A DNA stretch of 64,000 bases. Source: Entomortierella parvispora E1425. Its lineage: Eukaryota > Fungi > Mortierellomycota. How positions within the stretch are numbered: the first letter of the stretch is position 1; each line of letters starts with the position of its first letter. The stretch covers positions 1,736,001-1,800,000 of the forward strand of contig BQFW01000007.1 of NCBI GenBank assembly GCA_020891255.1, given 5' to 3'. This document shows positions 1 to 11,726 of this stretch, piece by piece. Position numbers and translations under genes: made by a program. The notes under the pieces are model-generated. The model searched no databases. It was given only the letters and a program-made list of their open reading frames with translations, and had not been told where the DNA came from.

Positions 1-45
1 GCGGGGAATCATACTGACCCATTGCTTTGCCGTTATGATATTTAG

Positions 46-647
46 GTACTGGAGGTACTCTCGCCGGAGTCGCAAAATACCTGAAAGCGCTACTTCCCGA
101 TCTCAGAACATATCTCGTAGATCCGCAGGGATCTGGGCTGTTCAACAAGGTCAAATACAACATCATGTACTCTCCTACTGAGAAGGAAGGCAAGAGGAAG
201 AGACACCAAGTCGATACTGTGGTGGAGGGCGTTGGAATCAACCGATTGACTCGCAACTTTGCCATGTCAGAAGGATTTATCGACGACGCGATTCGTGTGA
301 CAGATCAGGAGGCTGTTGACATGGCGCGCTATCTCGTGAACCAGGAGGGTCTTTTCATTGGATCGTCCTCAGCTGTCAACTGCGTGGGCGCCGTCAGGAT
401 CGCCCGTGAGCTTGGACCTGGACACACGATTGTTACGTTGCTTTGTGATTCTGGCCAACGCCACTTGACAAAGTTCTGGTAAGATATTGAGACAGCTGGA
501 GTTTTATGGCTACACTTTTCTTCTGTTTCTCTTTTCTGACTTCAGCCACCCCTTCTACTCTCTCGTCTCCTTAGGAATGACGAATACCTGGCCAAGCAAG
601 GACTCGAGGTCAAGGACGTGGTGGACAACTTGGACTTCATCGTGTGA
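46..647 (+). CDS. Cysteine synthase / PLP-dependent beta-replacement enzyme, 3' part (exons 46-478 and 575-647; 5' end lies outside the window)
   Basis: GTGGTLAG (PLP phosphate-binding loop), EGVG and GLFIGSSS motifs. Acceptor TTTAG at 41-45 with a branch-like ACTGAC upstream. GT donor at 479 and TAG acceptor at 572-574 join in frame to WNDEYLAKQG...FIV*. Confidence 0.88.
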
Positions 648-784
648 ATGAAAATGCAATAAAAAAAGTCACAGAAAAACTCAGCCACACAAAAGGCAAG
701 AAACGGGTGTCCCTGAATGCATGCAATGGTCACAGAGTTCATTTCCCTCTTTCCGTTCAGTTTCACTCCTTCAGGAATACGGGA

Positions 785-2639
785 ATGCAAGCAGTTATAC
801 AACGACAGACGATGCCGCTGTCGCGGATGGTCTTCCGTCATTCAAGAATGGTCGGAGCTATGCCGATTCGTCAGGCATCTCCTTGCCTGCAAAGACACTT
901 TCATGTCTCTCGCAAGGTGCTCTCACAGGAGTCCAACAGCAACAACACGAAGCAGGGCTCCTTTGCCAGTAAGGGGGAACTGTATATATCACAGGACCAT
1001 TGCTCGGAACGTTATTGCAACGATTGATCTGACAAAACATGGCCCTTCTTTTTCTGCTCTTCTTGAAAAGGTCGCGTCATGGATGCGTGGAAGGGCACTC
1101 CGGTTAAATGGTCCCCTATCCCCATCGGACTGGGTATCGCTTTTATTGCCTTTTTACAATACAACAAGATCTTGCGTCGTGAGGCCGAGCGTGAGCATGA
1201 CGTTTCTAAAGCCCTCATCGTTGGACCTTGGCATGTAAGCTCAAATTTCCAGGATTCATATATGCAAAAACGGTTGCTCCAGAAGACTAACAATCTACTA
1301 TTGCACAATCCCATTGCTGGGGATAGGTTCATGTGATTAGTGAGTTGCCTTTGAAAACGATATCTCGACTTTGGGGTGCGTTCAACAGAATTACTTTGCC
1401 AATGTGGTTCCGTGAACCTGGATTCAAACTGTACAGCTGGATCTTTGGATGTAACTTGGACGAGATGAAGGATCCCAACTTGAAGCATTACAAGAACCTT
1501 AGTGAATTCTTTTACCGCGAATTGAAGGATGGCGCCCGCCCCATCGACTACAACGCCTCATTGGTAAGGAGTTAGGATCTATTAGGTGGCCTGCTATTCA
1601 TCGGCGATGTTACTATTCCTGGTGGGTAATACGTGTTTATTAATACGACATTCTGTTACACTGCGCAGGTTTCTCCATCAGATGGAAGAGTTTTCCACTT
1701 TGGATTGGTGGATGGATCCAGGGTAGAGCAGATCAAGGGCATGTCGTACTCTTTGGATGATTTCCTTGGTTCCCAAAAGGCAGCTGAGACGGCCGAGATC
1801 ATCAAGGCCACACATTCGGCCAACATTGTGGACGAGGAAGAGTTTGCAGAGGTGAACGGAATCTCGTATACGCTGGACAGCTTGCTTGGTCATGATAAGC
1901 AGACGACTTTGGAACACAAGAAACAGGACTTAGAGGGCAATGTCGTTCGGGATGAAGAGGCTGACAAGAAGTCGCAGGAGCAAGGAACGGAAGGACAGGA
2001 AGAATTGAAGTTGCGTCCAGGAAATGCATTGTTCTTCTGTGTGATTTATCTGGCTCCAGGTGACTACCATCGCTTCCACTCCCCTACCAACTGGGTGGCC
2101 GAGACGAGACGTCATTTCTCAGGAGAGCTGTACTCGGTGTCGCCTTGGATGGTGAAGCAATTGCAGGATCTGTTTGTGTTGAACGAACGCGTGGTCTTGT
2201 TAGGCAAATGGCGTCATGGATTCTTCTCCATGGTCCCTGTGGGAGCGACCAATGTTGGCAGTATCGTCTTGAACTTTGACAAGGTAAGAAAGCAAGAAAG
2301 GTGCAATTGTGATTAAGACCTTCCCTCTCTTTTCCGACACCCTCGTATATCGTTATTTTTTCTCTATTTGGATACTGACGTTTTTGTTCATTCCGCCTCT
2401 TGTAGGAGCTTCGCACGAACAGGAGAGAAGATCGTTACAAGCGTGGATACGGAGAGTTGTTGTACAGTGGAGTGAGCCGTCTGTTGAACGGCCAGCCTTT
2501 GCATGTAGGCGAGGAGATGGGAGGATTCAAGTTGGGATCAACCGTGGTCCTGGTCTTTGAGGCGCCTGAGAACTTCAAGTTCTTGATCGAGCCTGGTCAG
2601 AGGGTCAAGATGGGAGAGCCCTTGGGACAGATCGAGTAG
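785..2639 (+). CDS. PSD1: Phosphatidylserine decarboxylase proenzyme 1, mitochondrial-type, multi-exon
   Basis: Arg-rich presequence-like N-terminus and a TM segment (PIPIGLGIAFIAF). Conserved NLSEFFYRELK, VSPSDGRV, YLAPGDYHRFHSP and VGATNVGSI motifs, plus the LGST autocleavage motif in GGFKLGSTVVLVFEAP. GT-AG introns link the ORF-track fragments. Confidence 0.93.
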
Positions 2640-3302
2640 ACGATGTTATTTTCAAAGAAGAAATAGAAAGTGCCCCTTGCAACCAAAAGTGCATGATCAA
2701 GAAAAAGAGCGGATTGTCTTTGCCTTTTGCCCGCTCTGATTGGCCATGTCACTTCTTCTGTCCCTTTTTTAAGTTTTTTCTCTCGCCGTCGTTGTCTCGT
2801 CTCGGAGAGACATCCCTTGATTTCCTCGGTCACTCCAACGGACAAAGTGAAAAATTTCAAGAAAGAGGTGGTTACAAGAGAAGGAGTAAGTGATGGATGA
2901 GAATCGACTACGGATCGAGAAGGTGAAGGACACCCAACTACTGTACAGACAAAGATGGGCTCTTTGTCCTTCCTCCGACTCCTCACCGAGACAGACAGAA
3001 ACAGAGCGGAGGGCCCGTTGGACTGCTCTTTTTTTTTTTTTCTTCTTTGAACATTTTGCCCTCTTCGCCCTGGCGGTGCAGGAAACTCAAAGCGAAAAAG
3101 CAAAGCCCGTACAACCATCTCTTTTTCTTCGACTTTCCTTTGTTTTGCATTCCATCTTTTGTTGCCTCATCATCTTTCTCGTCTTCTTCATCATATTCTT
3201 TCTTTAATCTCGCTCATCTTCCATCTCTCTGCCCTTTCTCTGCACTACAATCTCACTTTTCCCCCCTCGAGTCTGTTTGTACATTGGCCATCAACCCTCG
3301 AG

Positions 3303-4914
3303 ATGAACCATAACGAGTTCAATGCAAAGGCCTCCTCGCAGGTCACGGCTGTCCTCCGGAGCTATTGGAGGGCAAGGAGGGTAAGGAGAGATCGATCGGG
3401 GACGCCTACTTGTTACTTCTATGATCGATGTACTAACTACTTTTACCTCGGTGAAATCTAGTATATGTACATCATCCCTGCCGGACTGGCTCTCTGGACT
3501 TTGATCTTGACGATTTCACACATCTCTAGCTATGATGGCAAGTTGACAAGTGCAGCTATTTTTCTAATGTCTTCTGATACAATGGATAATCGCTCGGCCC
3601 TTCGTCCTAAACAAAACTGTATGTTTTATTTTGGTACAAATAGATCCTGAACACACGCTGGAAAGGAAGGGGCGCTATGACCCAATGTCAACATCGACCT
3701 TGGAACAAAATCCAACAGCCTACAAACCCATCCTCCTAAACCCTCTCCCGCCACAGGAATACACCCACCAATGGCCTCCAAACATCAGGAAACCTCTCTG
3801 TATGCCAAAGATCTTTGTCTACCCCGATAGCGCAAAGATGGGCGAGTTCCAGGTCACGGAGGTTCCACATATGGGTACCAACTACATTGCTGAGCAGATC
3901 CTCTTGGCGCAATTGAGGGACAAGAGCTCGAGTGTGTACAAGAACTATGTGACAGAAAACCCCGAGGAGGCCGATTTCTTTTATATTCCATTTGTGGGAT
4001 CCAAATACCTCTGCGACTGCTGGTTCACGAAAGGAATCAAGGGCGACTGCGATGTTGACGAGCTGTATGCAAAGCCAATGATGCGACACATTCGGGAAGA
4101 CTACCCATACTGGAACAGGACCTGGGGTCGGGATCATATCATGGCTCACCCTATGGACAGTGCATCCAACTACTACAAAACCAAGGATGTGATGGCCAAT
4201 GCTACGTTTTTGACCACTATCGGTGACAAGAGAGTGACCTCCGGTGTAGATGGTCGTTCGAGACGCTATGGCGACATTGTCATCCCCTCAGCCACTGCTC
4301 TCTTGAACCTGGTGGAGGGTATGGTGCCAGAGAGTTATTTAACTGCAGACGGCCAGCCGTTGAAAGGAAAGCGTGATATCTTGGCCCTGTTCGGAGGTCG
4401 TTACCAGGATGTAAAACCCGAGGATTCGTACTCTGCTGGCATCCGATCCTTGCTCTTCAATGGACTGGATCAACAACCGGATTACAGGTTTGCTCCTAAC
4501 TGGGACAACTCTGTCTATACTCAGCTCTTGACTCAATCTCGCTATGGTTTGGCGCCTATGGGCTACACCCTGGACACGACTCGTATCTGGGAATACATTG
4601 CTTTTGGCGTCGTGCCCGTCATCATTGCAGATGGCATTATTGAGCCCTTCGAGGACGATATGGACTGGGACAGCTTCACTGTTCGGGTCCGACGCGCGGA
4701 TGCCCATCGACTTGATGTCATTTTGAGATCCATCTCGGAGAAGGAATATGAGCGCAAGCGAGAGGCTCTTTGGACCCACGGCCGTCAGGCGTTGTTAAAC
4801 AAGGATGCTTGGAATCTGATTGTGCGATCTTTGTGCAGGAAGGGTCAACTGGAGGGTCTGCGCACTATCAACCATGACCACCACATCCCTTTGGAGTCTA
4901 CCGCATCCGTATAG
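3303..4914 (+). CDS. Exostosin-family (GT47) glycosyltransferase, type II membrane protein (exons 3303-3380, 3462-3537, 3644-4914)
   Basis: Basic N-tail, then a TM anchor (YIIPAGLALWTLILTI). Exostosin-type motifs: KIFVY, PEEADFFYIPF, YPYWNRTWGRDH, SRYGLAPMG, GVVPVIIAD, EPFEDDMDWDSF. Perfect TACTAAC branch point in intron 1. Intron 2 is GC-AG. Confidence 0.85.
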
Positions 4915-5758
4915 AAGCAGAAGTCAAAAGGTGATAATCTTCCACCATATTTATTTATATCTTGCGAGACTCATCCTCGCTACATAGACAAAAGATTCCC
5001 TTTTCAAAACAGAAATGCAGATGAAAACTACAAAATAATAATGAGTTCGTTGAAACCTGTGAAATGGCTGCGGGATGGTAACAGAGAGTAAGGAATACTT
5101 CACTATCCAACAGCACTTCAGCGCGCCAGCGTCCCTAGACTTGACTTCCTGGATTTGGCGTATATTGCATGAAGTTGAAGTTGAAGAAAACTAAAACTGG
5201 CCGATTGCACAGGGGTAGCACTGAACACGCCCAGCAACAGCTGTTGTTCTCACTCCTGCCAAAGTTCGAGGGGTGCCTTGTGCGGCTAGGGCTAAAGCTT
5301 AGTGAGGTACAAGGTACCTTCCTGCCCCAAAACCAGATGCTGTACCTTGACCAGCTTATCCTCTTTCGCCCCCTTGCGTTGCGTCCCGCTGGTCCTGCCC
5401 CCTTCCTCCCAGGAAGACAAGGGAAGAAAGGAGAGAAAGGCAGTATGTCGTCGCACACACACACAGGCATGCGTTGTTCCCCACAATCACGAAGAGAAAA
5501 AAATCATGCAAAAGAAGATGAGAGAGAAGGAGCAAGACCATGTCACATTGAGGCAAAGGCCGCAGGAAATCGCCCCTATTCTCCTGCTTTTGTACTTTCC
5601 TTTCTTCCTTCTTCTTTTATCGTCCCTTTCTTGTTTCCTTTCACTCACTCACTCTACCCCAACTCTTGAACCTCTTCTTTCTCGCCCTTACACTTCTTTT
5701 TCTTTCCAACTCGAAACGTCCCCACCCACAGCTCCTCATACCTTTAATCTCTCTCGCC

Positions 5759-7138
5759 ATGGCCAGTAACATCACCCCCGCCGAGGCTCAGCAACTCTCC
5801 AAGGACCAGCAAGCCGCTCAGAACGATGAAAACCTTCTAGCTGAACTCGAGGTTGGCGGTGCCAAACCTATTGTACCTCCACACCTGTTGGCGCGTCTCC
5901 ATCAACACGACAGCCCTGACATGTAAAGAAAAAAAACCTTGTATTGACCGCCTGCAACCGAACCGTGTGAACAATTTTTTTGGTCGCGAATTCCTGTGCT
6001 GAACTTTTTGTCTGTCTTTTGTCTTGTTTCTCTTCATATTGACGACCATCAGTACTCAAGAGGCCATCAACAACAAGCTGGCAGAGGCAGAGGAGCGTCG
6101 CAAGAAGTTGGAGGAAGAGCGCGTTCACAAGGCACGCGAGAACGTGAACCATGCCAAGGAAGTCTCGGAGAGGAACAAGCAGGACCAGGATCAGAACCGA
6201 GACGAATCGTTGGAGCGTCTTCGAGAGAAGCAAGAGAACGCAGAACGAGCACGACAGGAGCAGGTAAAGCAATGACCTCTCTTTCTCTCTCGTGTTCTTT
6301 TTTCCTCGGCTCATTTCTCTATTGATGAAGAGAAGGAAAGGCAAAACGAGCGAAATGACGATTCCATGACAAGAAGGGTGGATTGTAACAAACAAAAGAA
6401 ACAACATAATGTCCATGGTGTATCCTCAACGCTTTTTTCCCCAACACTTCCTCACTAACCAAACGACATCCTCCTTCTCTCGGGTATTAACACAGGAAAG
6501 AGCGCGCTTGGCCAAGTTGGAGGGTCACTCAGCCAAGGTTGCTGCCTTCCAAAAGGAGGAGAGGTAAGCAGGAAGAAGGCACAAAACAATCAGAGGTCTC
6601 ATTACTGCTGTCCTCCCTTCCGGCTACCTGGTTTAGTCCCTCACCAAAGTACCTTTGCTTCTTTTTTTCAATCGTCGTGATTTTTTTACTAGTTTGGCCC
6701 GTGACAACGAGATCAAAGAGATCAAGGAAAAGTTAAACCAAGCGGAAGCACGTCGCAAGGCCTTGGAGGAAGAAAAACTTCAAAAGTTGGAAGAACATCT
6801 TCAAAAGGTGAAGCAGGTCCGGACAGCCGATACAGAATCCCAATATGAACAGCACAAACTGGATTTGGACCAGAAGATGAAGGCGGTCGAGCAGCGAAGA
6901 CTGGATCTCGAGAATGCACTGAAGGAAAAAATCCAGGCTCGACAACTGCTAGCAGATCAAGTTCGTCAACGTATGCATCAGGCGAGCATTGTCCAACTTC
7001 CTTGGTGATGGGTCCACCACCAAACTCTTCCTCTAACTTCTTTCGTTTCTCGCTATTTGTCTTCACTTTTATCTCGGATCGTATATAGGCCAACAAGAGC
7101 AAGGGGCTTCTGTTGTGGAATCCAATGCTGAGGCGTAA
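5759..7138 (+). CDS. Stathmin-like coiled-coil repeat protein, about 255 aa (exons 5759-5922, 6053-6263, 6496-6563, 6693-6970, 7089-7138)
   Basis: All five exons splice in frame with GT-AG ends. The protein has four K-L-x-x-A-E-x-R-R-type helical repeats, e.g. INNKLAEAEERRKK and IKEKLNQAEARRKA. The gene is well supported; the family call rests on motif resemblance only. Confidence 0.7.
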
Positions 7139-7475
7139 AACAAAGTACCGTCTATGATATTATCGTCACCAGGATCCACCATTCACGAAACCTCGGATAT
7201 ACACTTTCCACCTTTTGTTTCCAAGTGGAAATGCCTCCGATCGAAATCCGACAATGCATTGGTATTATCAATAATAAACGCTCCTTGACCATAGTAAAAA
7301 GTATCTGTCCTTCCTCGAAGCATTGCAGGACACGATTGCAATTGACGTCCAACAAGCATGCTGGGCAGATTTTGACTCGGTCCTGTGCAACCACGAGTGT
7401 GGACACGCGGCGCAGTTGTGGTCGAGAAAGTGAACGAATCGTCTCTTCATTGCATCATTCAAATTCATCATTGCA

Positions 7476-8966
7476 ATGCACCCTTCAGCGCATCCACTGT
7501 GGCAACCCGAAATACAAAGCGAGGTGGCCCAATACCTTGATAATGCTAGCCTAGCTGCCGCTTCTGCTGTCTGCAGGGACTGGAACGTTGTTTTTCCATG
7601 TTTTCTCTACAAAAATGCCGATCTCGATAACAAAACTACCAACAACCATATCAGCCTCTCTAACCATGCAAAGCTCGTCCGGAATCTGAATTTGTATCTG
7701 TACGAAAAGATGCCGGAACTCTCTCCGTACTTATTCGCCGATCACGACAAGACGAATGGCTTCGTCTTTGATCAGCTCACGAGCCTTAATCTCAAACTGA
7801 CAGAGGAAGACTCTTCAGAGCCCTGGAGTGCGGCCTCGCTGCTTGTCCGGCGGAACTCAAAGCTGGAGAATCTTCAAGTTAGCGACTCATTGTCCGCGAC
7901 GTTCCTCAGGGCTGTTTCAGAATCTTGTCCATGTCTGAAAAAGCTATCTCTTCGGAACCTCGCGCTAGATCGGGAAGCCACAGAGGCGTTAGTGGATTTG
8001 TGCTCAGCAAACACGCTCGTCTCTCTGATATTGGACTACGTTACTTGCTCCAACAGGCAAGCTGTTCACGCCGTGATCCAGGGATCAGACTCACCAGAGC
8101 TCACCCAGTCTTTGAAGCTACAGGTTTTGAAATTCACAGGTAGCTACGGTGTGGTGACCCTTGCTAATCAAATTGCGTGGGCTCAAAGATGCCCCCAGCT
8201 AAAGACGTTGGAGCTCTATTGCCGACTGAGACGTCCCTTCCCAGCCAAGCTACTTTGTGAGGCACTCCCCACAACACTTTGTGAGGTCAATCAATTGCGT
8301 CTCAGTTCCGTTAGGCTGACTCCAGACGATCTGGCTGTAGTTCTGGAGGGCTTTGGACCAGGGCCGCGGATCAAATACTTTGGCCTCGGCAGAAATTTGA
8401 CGGGACCCGTCTCATGGCCACCGACCCTGTGGTCCTTGCTGGAACGCCACAAGTCCGTCCTGACCCACCTAGACATGAAACGCTGCCCGACATTCTCGAG
8501 CGATGCAGTGCAACTTAGCCTAGCTACTTTTCCTCGGCTCGTCCGTCTACAGGCAGGATATCTGATAGCCCAGGATATTCTCGGTAACCCGAATGAAGAG
8601 GATGAGGTAACTCGCATCGTCCCTTGGGTCTGCAAAGGTCTTCGACACCTAGATGTTCACATTCACGGATTTGACAACAAACCTGCCCTCTGGAACGTAC
8701 TTGTGCTGAAGCAGCTTTCGACCTTGGAGGTGCTAGAGACTTTGGATATTCGAATGTTTGAGTATTCATGGCATGACGAGGAATATCGAAGAAACAATAG
8801 CTTGGATTTACGACTCGAGGCCGGTTTGAGAGTTTTGGCGAGCTTGACACGTATGAAACGACTCGACTTTGTACCAGAGCTGCAGCGCGCGGGAACGGAG
8901 GAGTTGGAATGGATGGAGGACGCGTGGCCAGAATTCGTTCCTTCTGATGAGATGTGCACAGAGTAG
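7476..8966 (+). CDS. F-box-like / RNI-type leucine-rich repeat protein, 496 aa, intronless
   Basis: N-terminal HPLWQPEIQSEVAQYL...AVCRDW F-box-like motif, repeated LxxLxL units (CPCLKKLSLR, CPQLKTLEL), and a C-terminal LDLRLEAGLRVLASLTRMKRL...WM...WP block typical of the expanded Mortierella-type F-box/LRR family. Confidence 0.8.
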   Translation: MHPSAHPLWQPEIQSEVAQYLDNASLAAASAVCRDWNVVFPCFLYKNADLDNKTTNNHISLSNHAKLVRNLNLYLYEKMPELSPYLFADHDKTNGFVFDQLTSLNLKLTEEDSSEPWSAASLLVRRNSKLENLQVSDSLSATFLRAVSESCPCLKKLSLRNLALDREATEALVDLCSANTLVSLILDYVTCSNRQAVHAVIQGSDSPELTQSLKLQVLKFTGSYGVVTLANQIAWAQRCPQLKTLELYCRLRRPFPAKLLCEALPTTLCEVNQLRLSSVRLTPDDLAVVLEGFGPGPRIKYFGLGRNLTGPVSWPPTLWSLLERHKSVLTHLDMKRCPTFSSDAVQLSLATFPRLVRLQAGYLIAQDILGNPNEEDEVTRIVPWVCKGLRHLDVHIHGFDNKPALWNVLVLKQLSTLEVLETLDIRMFEYSWHDEEYRRNNSLDLRLEAGLRVLASLTRMKRLDFVPELQRAGTEELEWMEDAWPEFVPSDEMCTE

Positions 8967-9111
8967 GGACTCTGACGCCAATCCATGTCATTCTTGATAT
9001 CGTTACATGAAGCCAATTTCGCGCAGATCAATCCCCTTTTTCAGCTTTGAAGGTCAGCGTTCTTGATATAAAAATGTGTTTATTCGACTTTGGATTGGAG
9101 ATAAAAAGGAT

Positions 9112-9648
9112 CTACGATCCACGGTAGGTGGTGTAAGAGAATGGGCTGAGAAGCAATGGGATGTGGTAGTGTTGCTTCTCGGCACCTGCGGCAACTTCGA
9201 AGATGATCTGGACATAGGGGTGGAAGTAGCTGCTGACGCCTACGGAGGCCCAGTATTCTGCAGTCTGGAAAGTCATACGATAGATACCGGCAACGAGCTG
9301 GTGCGAGGGATCCAAGAGGGAGCTAACGCGTCCGTCCGAGTCGGTCAAACTATTTCCATATCGAATATAACAAACAGAGTCTGTCAGTCATGGTGCAATG
9401 CCACAAGTCAGTGGCCACAGGGCTGGTCCCGCTTGCCTCCTCAACGATGAGAGGAGCAGAGAGAGAAAAGAACCGTTCCCATTGTTAACAGGGGTCGATG
9501 AATGGCAATGGACTTACCCAGTAGCAAGTCCGCTCCAGGTGTTGTTGGCGGCAGCGTTGAGCAACTCCAGCTTGACGGGGACATTGCGGCCGGGGCGACC
9601 GCAGGACGAGTCGAGCACATGGCAGGTGATGGGACTTCTGGCAGCCAT
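9112..9648 (-). CDS. uraH: 5-hydroxyisourate hydrolase (transthyretin-like), exons 9648-9518 and 9349-9112
   Basis: PITCHVLDSSCGRPG N-terminal motif, TDSDGR, YFHPYV and HYHIPLLLSPFSYTTYRGS with the diagnostic terminal YRGS. GTAAG donor and TAG acceptor are in phase. Confidence 0.93.
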
Positions 9649-10025
9649 TAGGAAGATGGTGGACAAAAGGAAGGGGAGAGATGTGTCTGAATGGCAAGAG
9701 ATGCAGTGAGAGGGTCCTTTTTATATATCTTGATGTTCCGAACTGCCCGCTTTTTCCTGGGTTCTCTCCCGTGGCCGCTTCCCCCCGCACTTCTTTCCAC
9801 GGCCATTTTGGAGAGTTATTATTGTTTCTGGGACAACACGGTCCACATCGACACGTTCCTTGACCGCGCACAACGGCTCTCGTAAGTGGCGATCAGTTTC
9901 TCTGAATTCAGAGGCAATTTGAGGACTAAAGTACCATGAATGCGATATATTTTTTGGTTGCTTTCCTATGCTTCTTTGGCTTGGAAGTGTTGTTTTTTTA
10001 TTGTTTAGGGCGACAAAACAATAAT

Positions 10026-11541
10026 TTACTTCTTAAGCTTGCGGATGTAGAAAGCCAACTCCTGGCCCTCAAGAATGTATCCATCAGCACGGCCGGACTG
10101 ACCGGGGCGGGAGGACAAGCAGGCGTAGAGACGGCCAGCAGCGAACTGGTGGTCAAGGGCGGGGTCGACCTTGGCATCAGCCTTGCGGGACTCAATCTTG
10201 CGCTGGACGTGGTTCGAGCGAGCCTTGTTGAGCTCCTCGGACTCGACCTAAAGTGGTGGTAAAAAAATATGGACATCCAGTTAGATATGTATTGACAAGA
10301 GACTCTGTTTTGCTGTTTTCCAGTGCAGTATCTTCAATGAATCTCCAGAATAGACTGCTGAGTCGACAGTCGCCATCTTGCTGACATCAAGCAGTCTCCC
10401 TTCGATCAAGGTCGTCCTCGTATATAGCTGATTTTCGTCCATGTCGTAATCCTGCAAGCACAAAGTATCCGTTCAAGCAAGTATCTTGTCTGAAAATAAG
10501 GTCGAGAAGAGATGGATATTTACCTTGGCAGCACCCTTGGCCTTGCGGGCACCGATGGGGGTGGCGTAGTGAGCCTCGTACCACTGACGGAAGGGAGTGG
10601 CATCGATCTGGACGATGGCGTTCTTCACAAGGGTACCGGTACGGACCAACTCGTTGTTGGACGAGTTGTAGACGACAGCAACGATACGGGTCTTGCGGGA
10701 GATAGCCTCGGAACCCCAGGAGAAGTTTCCGGCATCCAAACGCATGGCACGGAACTTGCGGTTACCACCACGGGTGCGAACCTCGTGGATGCGCTTAGCA
10801 CCGAGCTTGGTGTTGGCAGCCTGACGACCCAACTCGAACTTTCTCTTCTTGCGATATTGGGCGCGCTTGGCTCCGGAAGCGGAGCGCTTGTGGCGGGAGT
10901 CTCTGCTGATACCTGATGGTGGAAGGAAAGAACAGTGGAACGGTCAGCATCGCTGTGCCAAAGTTGTTGGACATTGTTGTGTGATTTGTGTCGACATCCT
11001 GACTGATCAGATATGGTCAAGAGTTCCTGATCTCCCATTCCATGTCCAATGGCGCCCTTGCACTGACTGTCATGGAATATGTCCTTGTTCATTCCACTGT
11101 TGTTTGTAAAGTCATTGACACTCTCGAGTTGAAATAGTGATCAAGTCTTCCTGTCAAGGTCAAAGTTGATTCAGCTCATTTCAGACTCCAGGATACGATG
11201 TTGTCGAGTGGCGATTGCGCTCAGTTAGAAGACTGACTAGAGTGATCGGCAGAAAGCCAGATCGCAAAAAGTCCTTCCAGCTCATCCGATCGAGATCATT
11301 CCTCCAGACTGTCGATTGAAGTCCATTCGAAAAGACAAGTAAAAAAAAAAAAAAAAAAGGTCCCGGCTGAGAAAGGTGGTCGATGATAGGTTCGAGATAT
11401 ATGGTCGAGGGATGGTTGTGGATGGTTGCGCTGGGGATGGCGGATGGATGGCTCCTGATTCCTGGACAGATGCATGGGTTCCCCATGATAGATGCATGGA
11501 TCCGCAATGGATTGCAGCACGGCCTTTTGAGACGCACCCAT
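10026..11541 (-). CDS. RPS8: 40S ribosomal protein S8 (eS8); exons 11541-11538, 10912-10524, 10247-10026
   Basis: [75 protein letters not shown]. Strong codon bias. ATGG micro-exon followed by a GTGCGT donor. Confidence 0.97.
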
Positions 11542-11726
11542 GATGAAATTGGCTAGAAAGGAAGATTTCACCTCTGCGGGCACAGCGAGCTGTAGTAATT
11601 TCGATTTCCGCTTAAGGGTCTGTCGTGCGACTGCCTGCCCTTTTTTTTCTGGAAGTCGACAAACAAGCAGGCAAAGGGCCATTCACGCCTTATTTCCATC
11701 CTCTACCTTTTCTTACCATTCATACC

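Noticed and set aside
9620-9648. Possible PTS2 peroxisomal signal at the HIU hydrolase N-terminus
   Set aside because: RSPITCHVL does not fit the R-(L/V/I)-x5-(H/Q)-(L/A) consensus.
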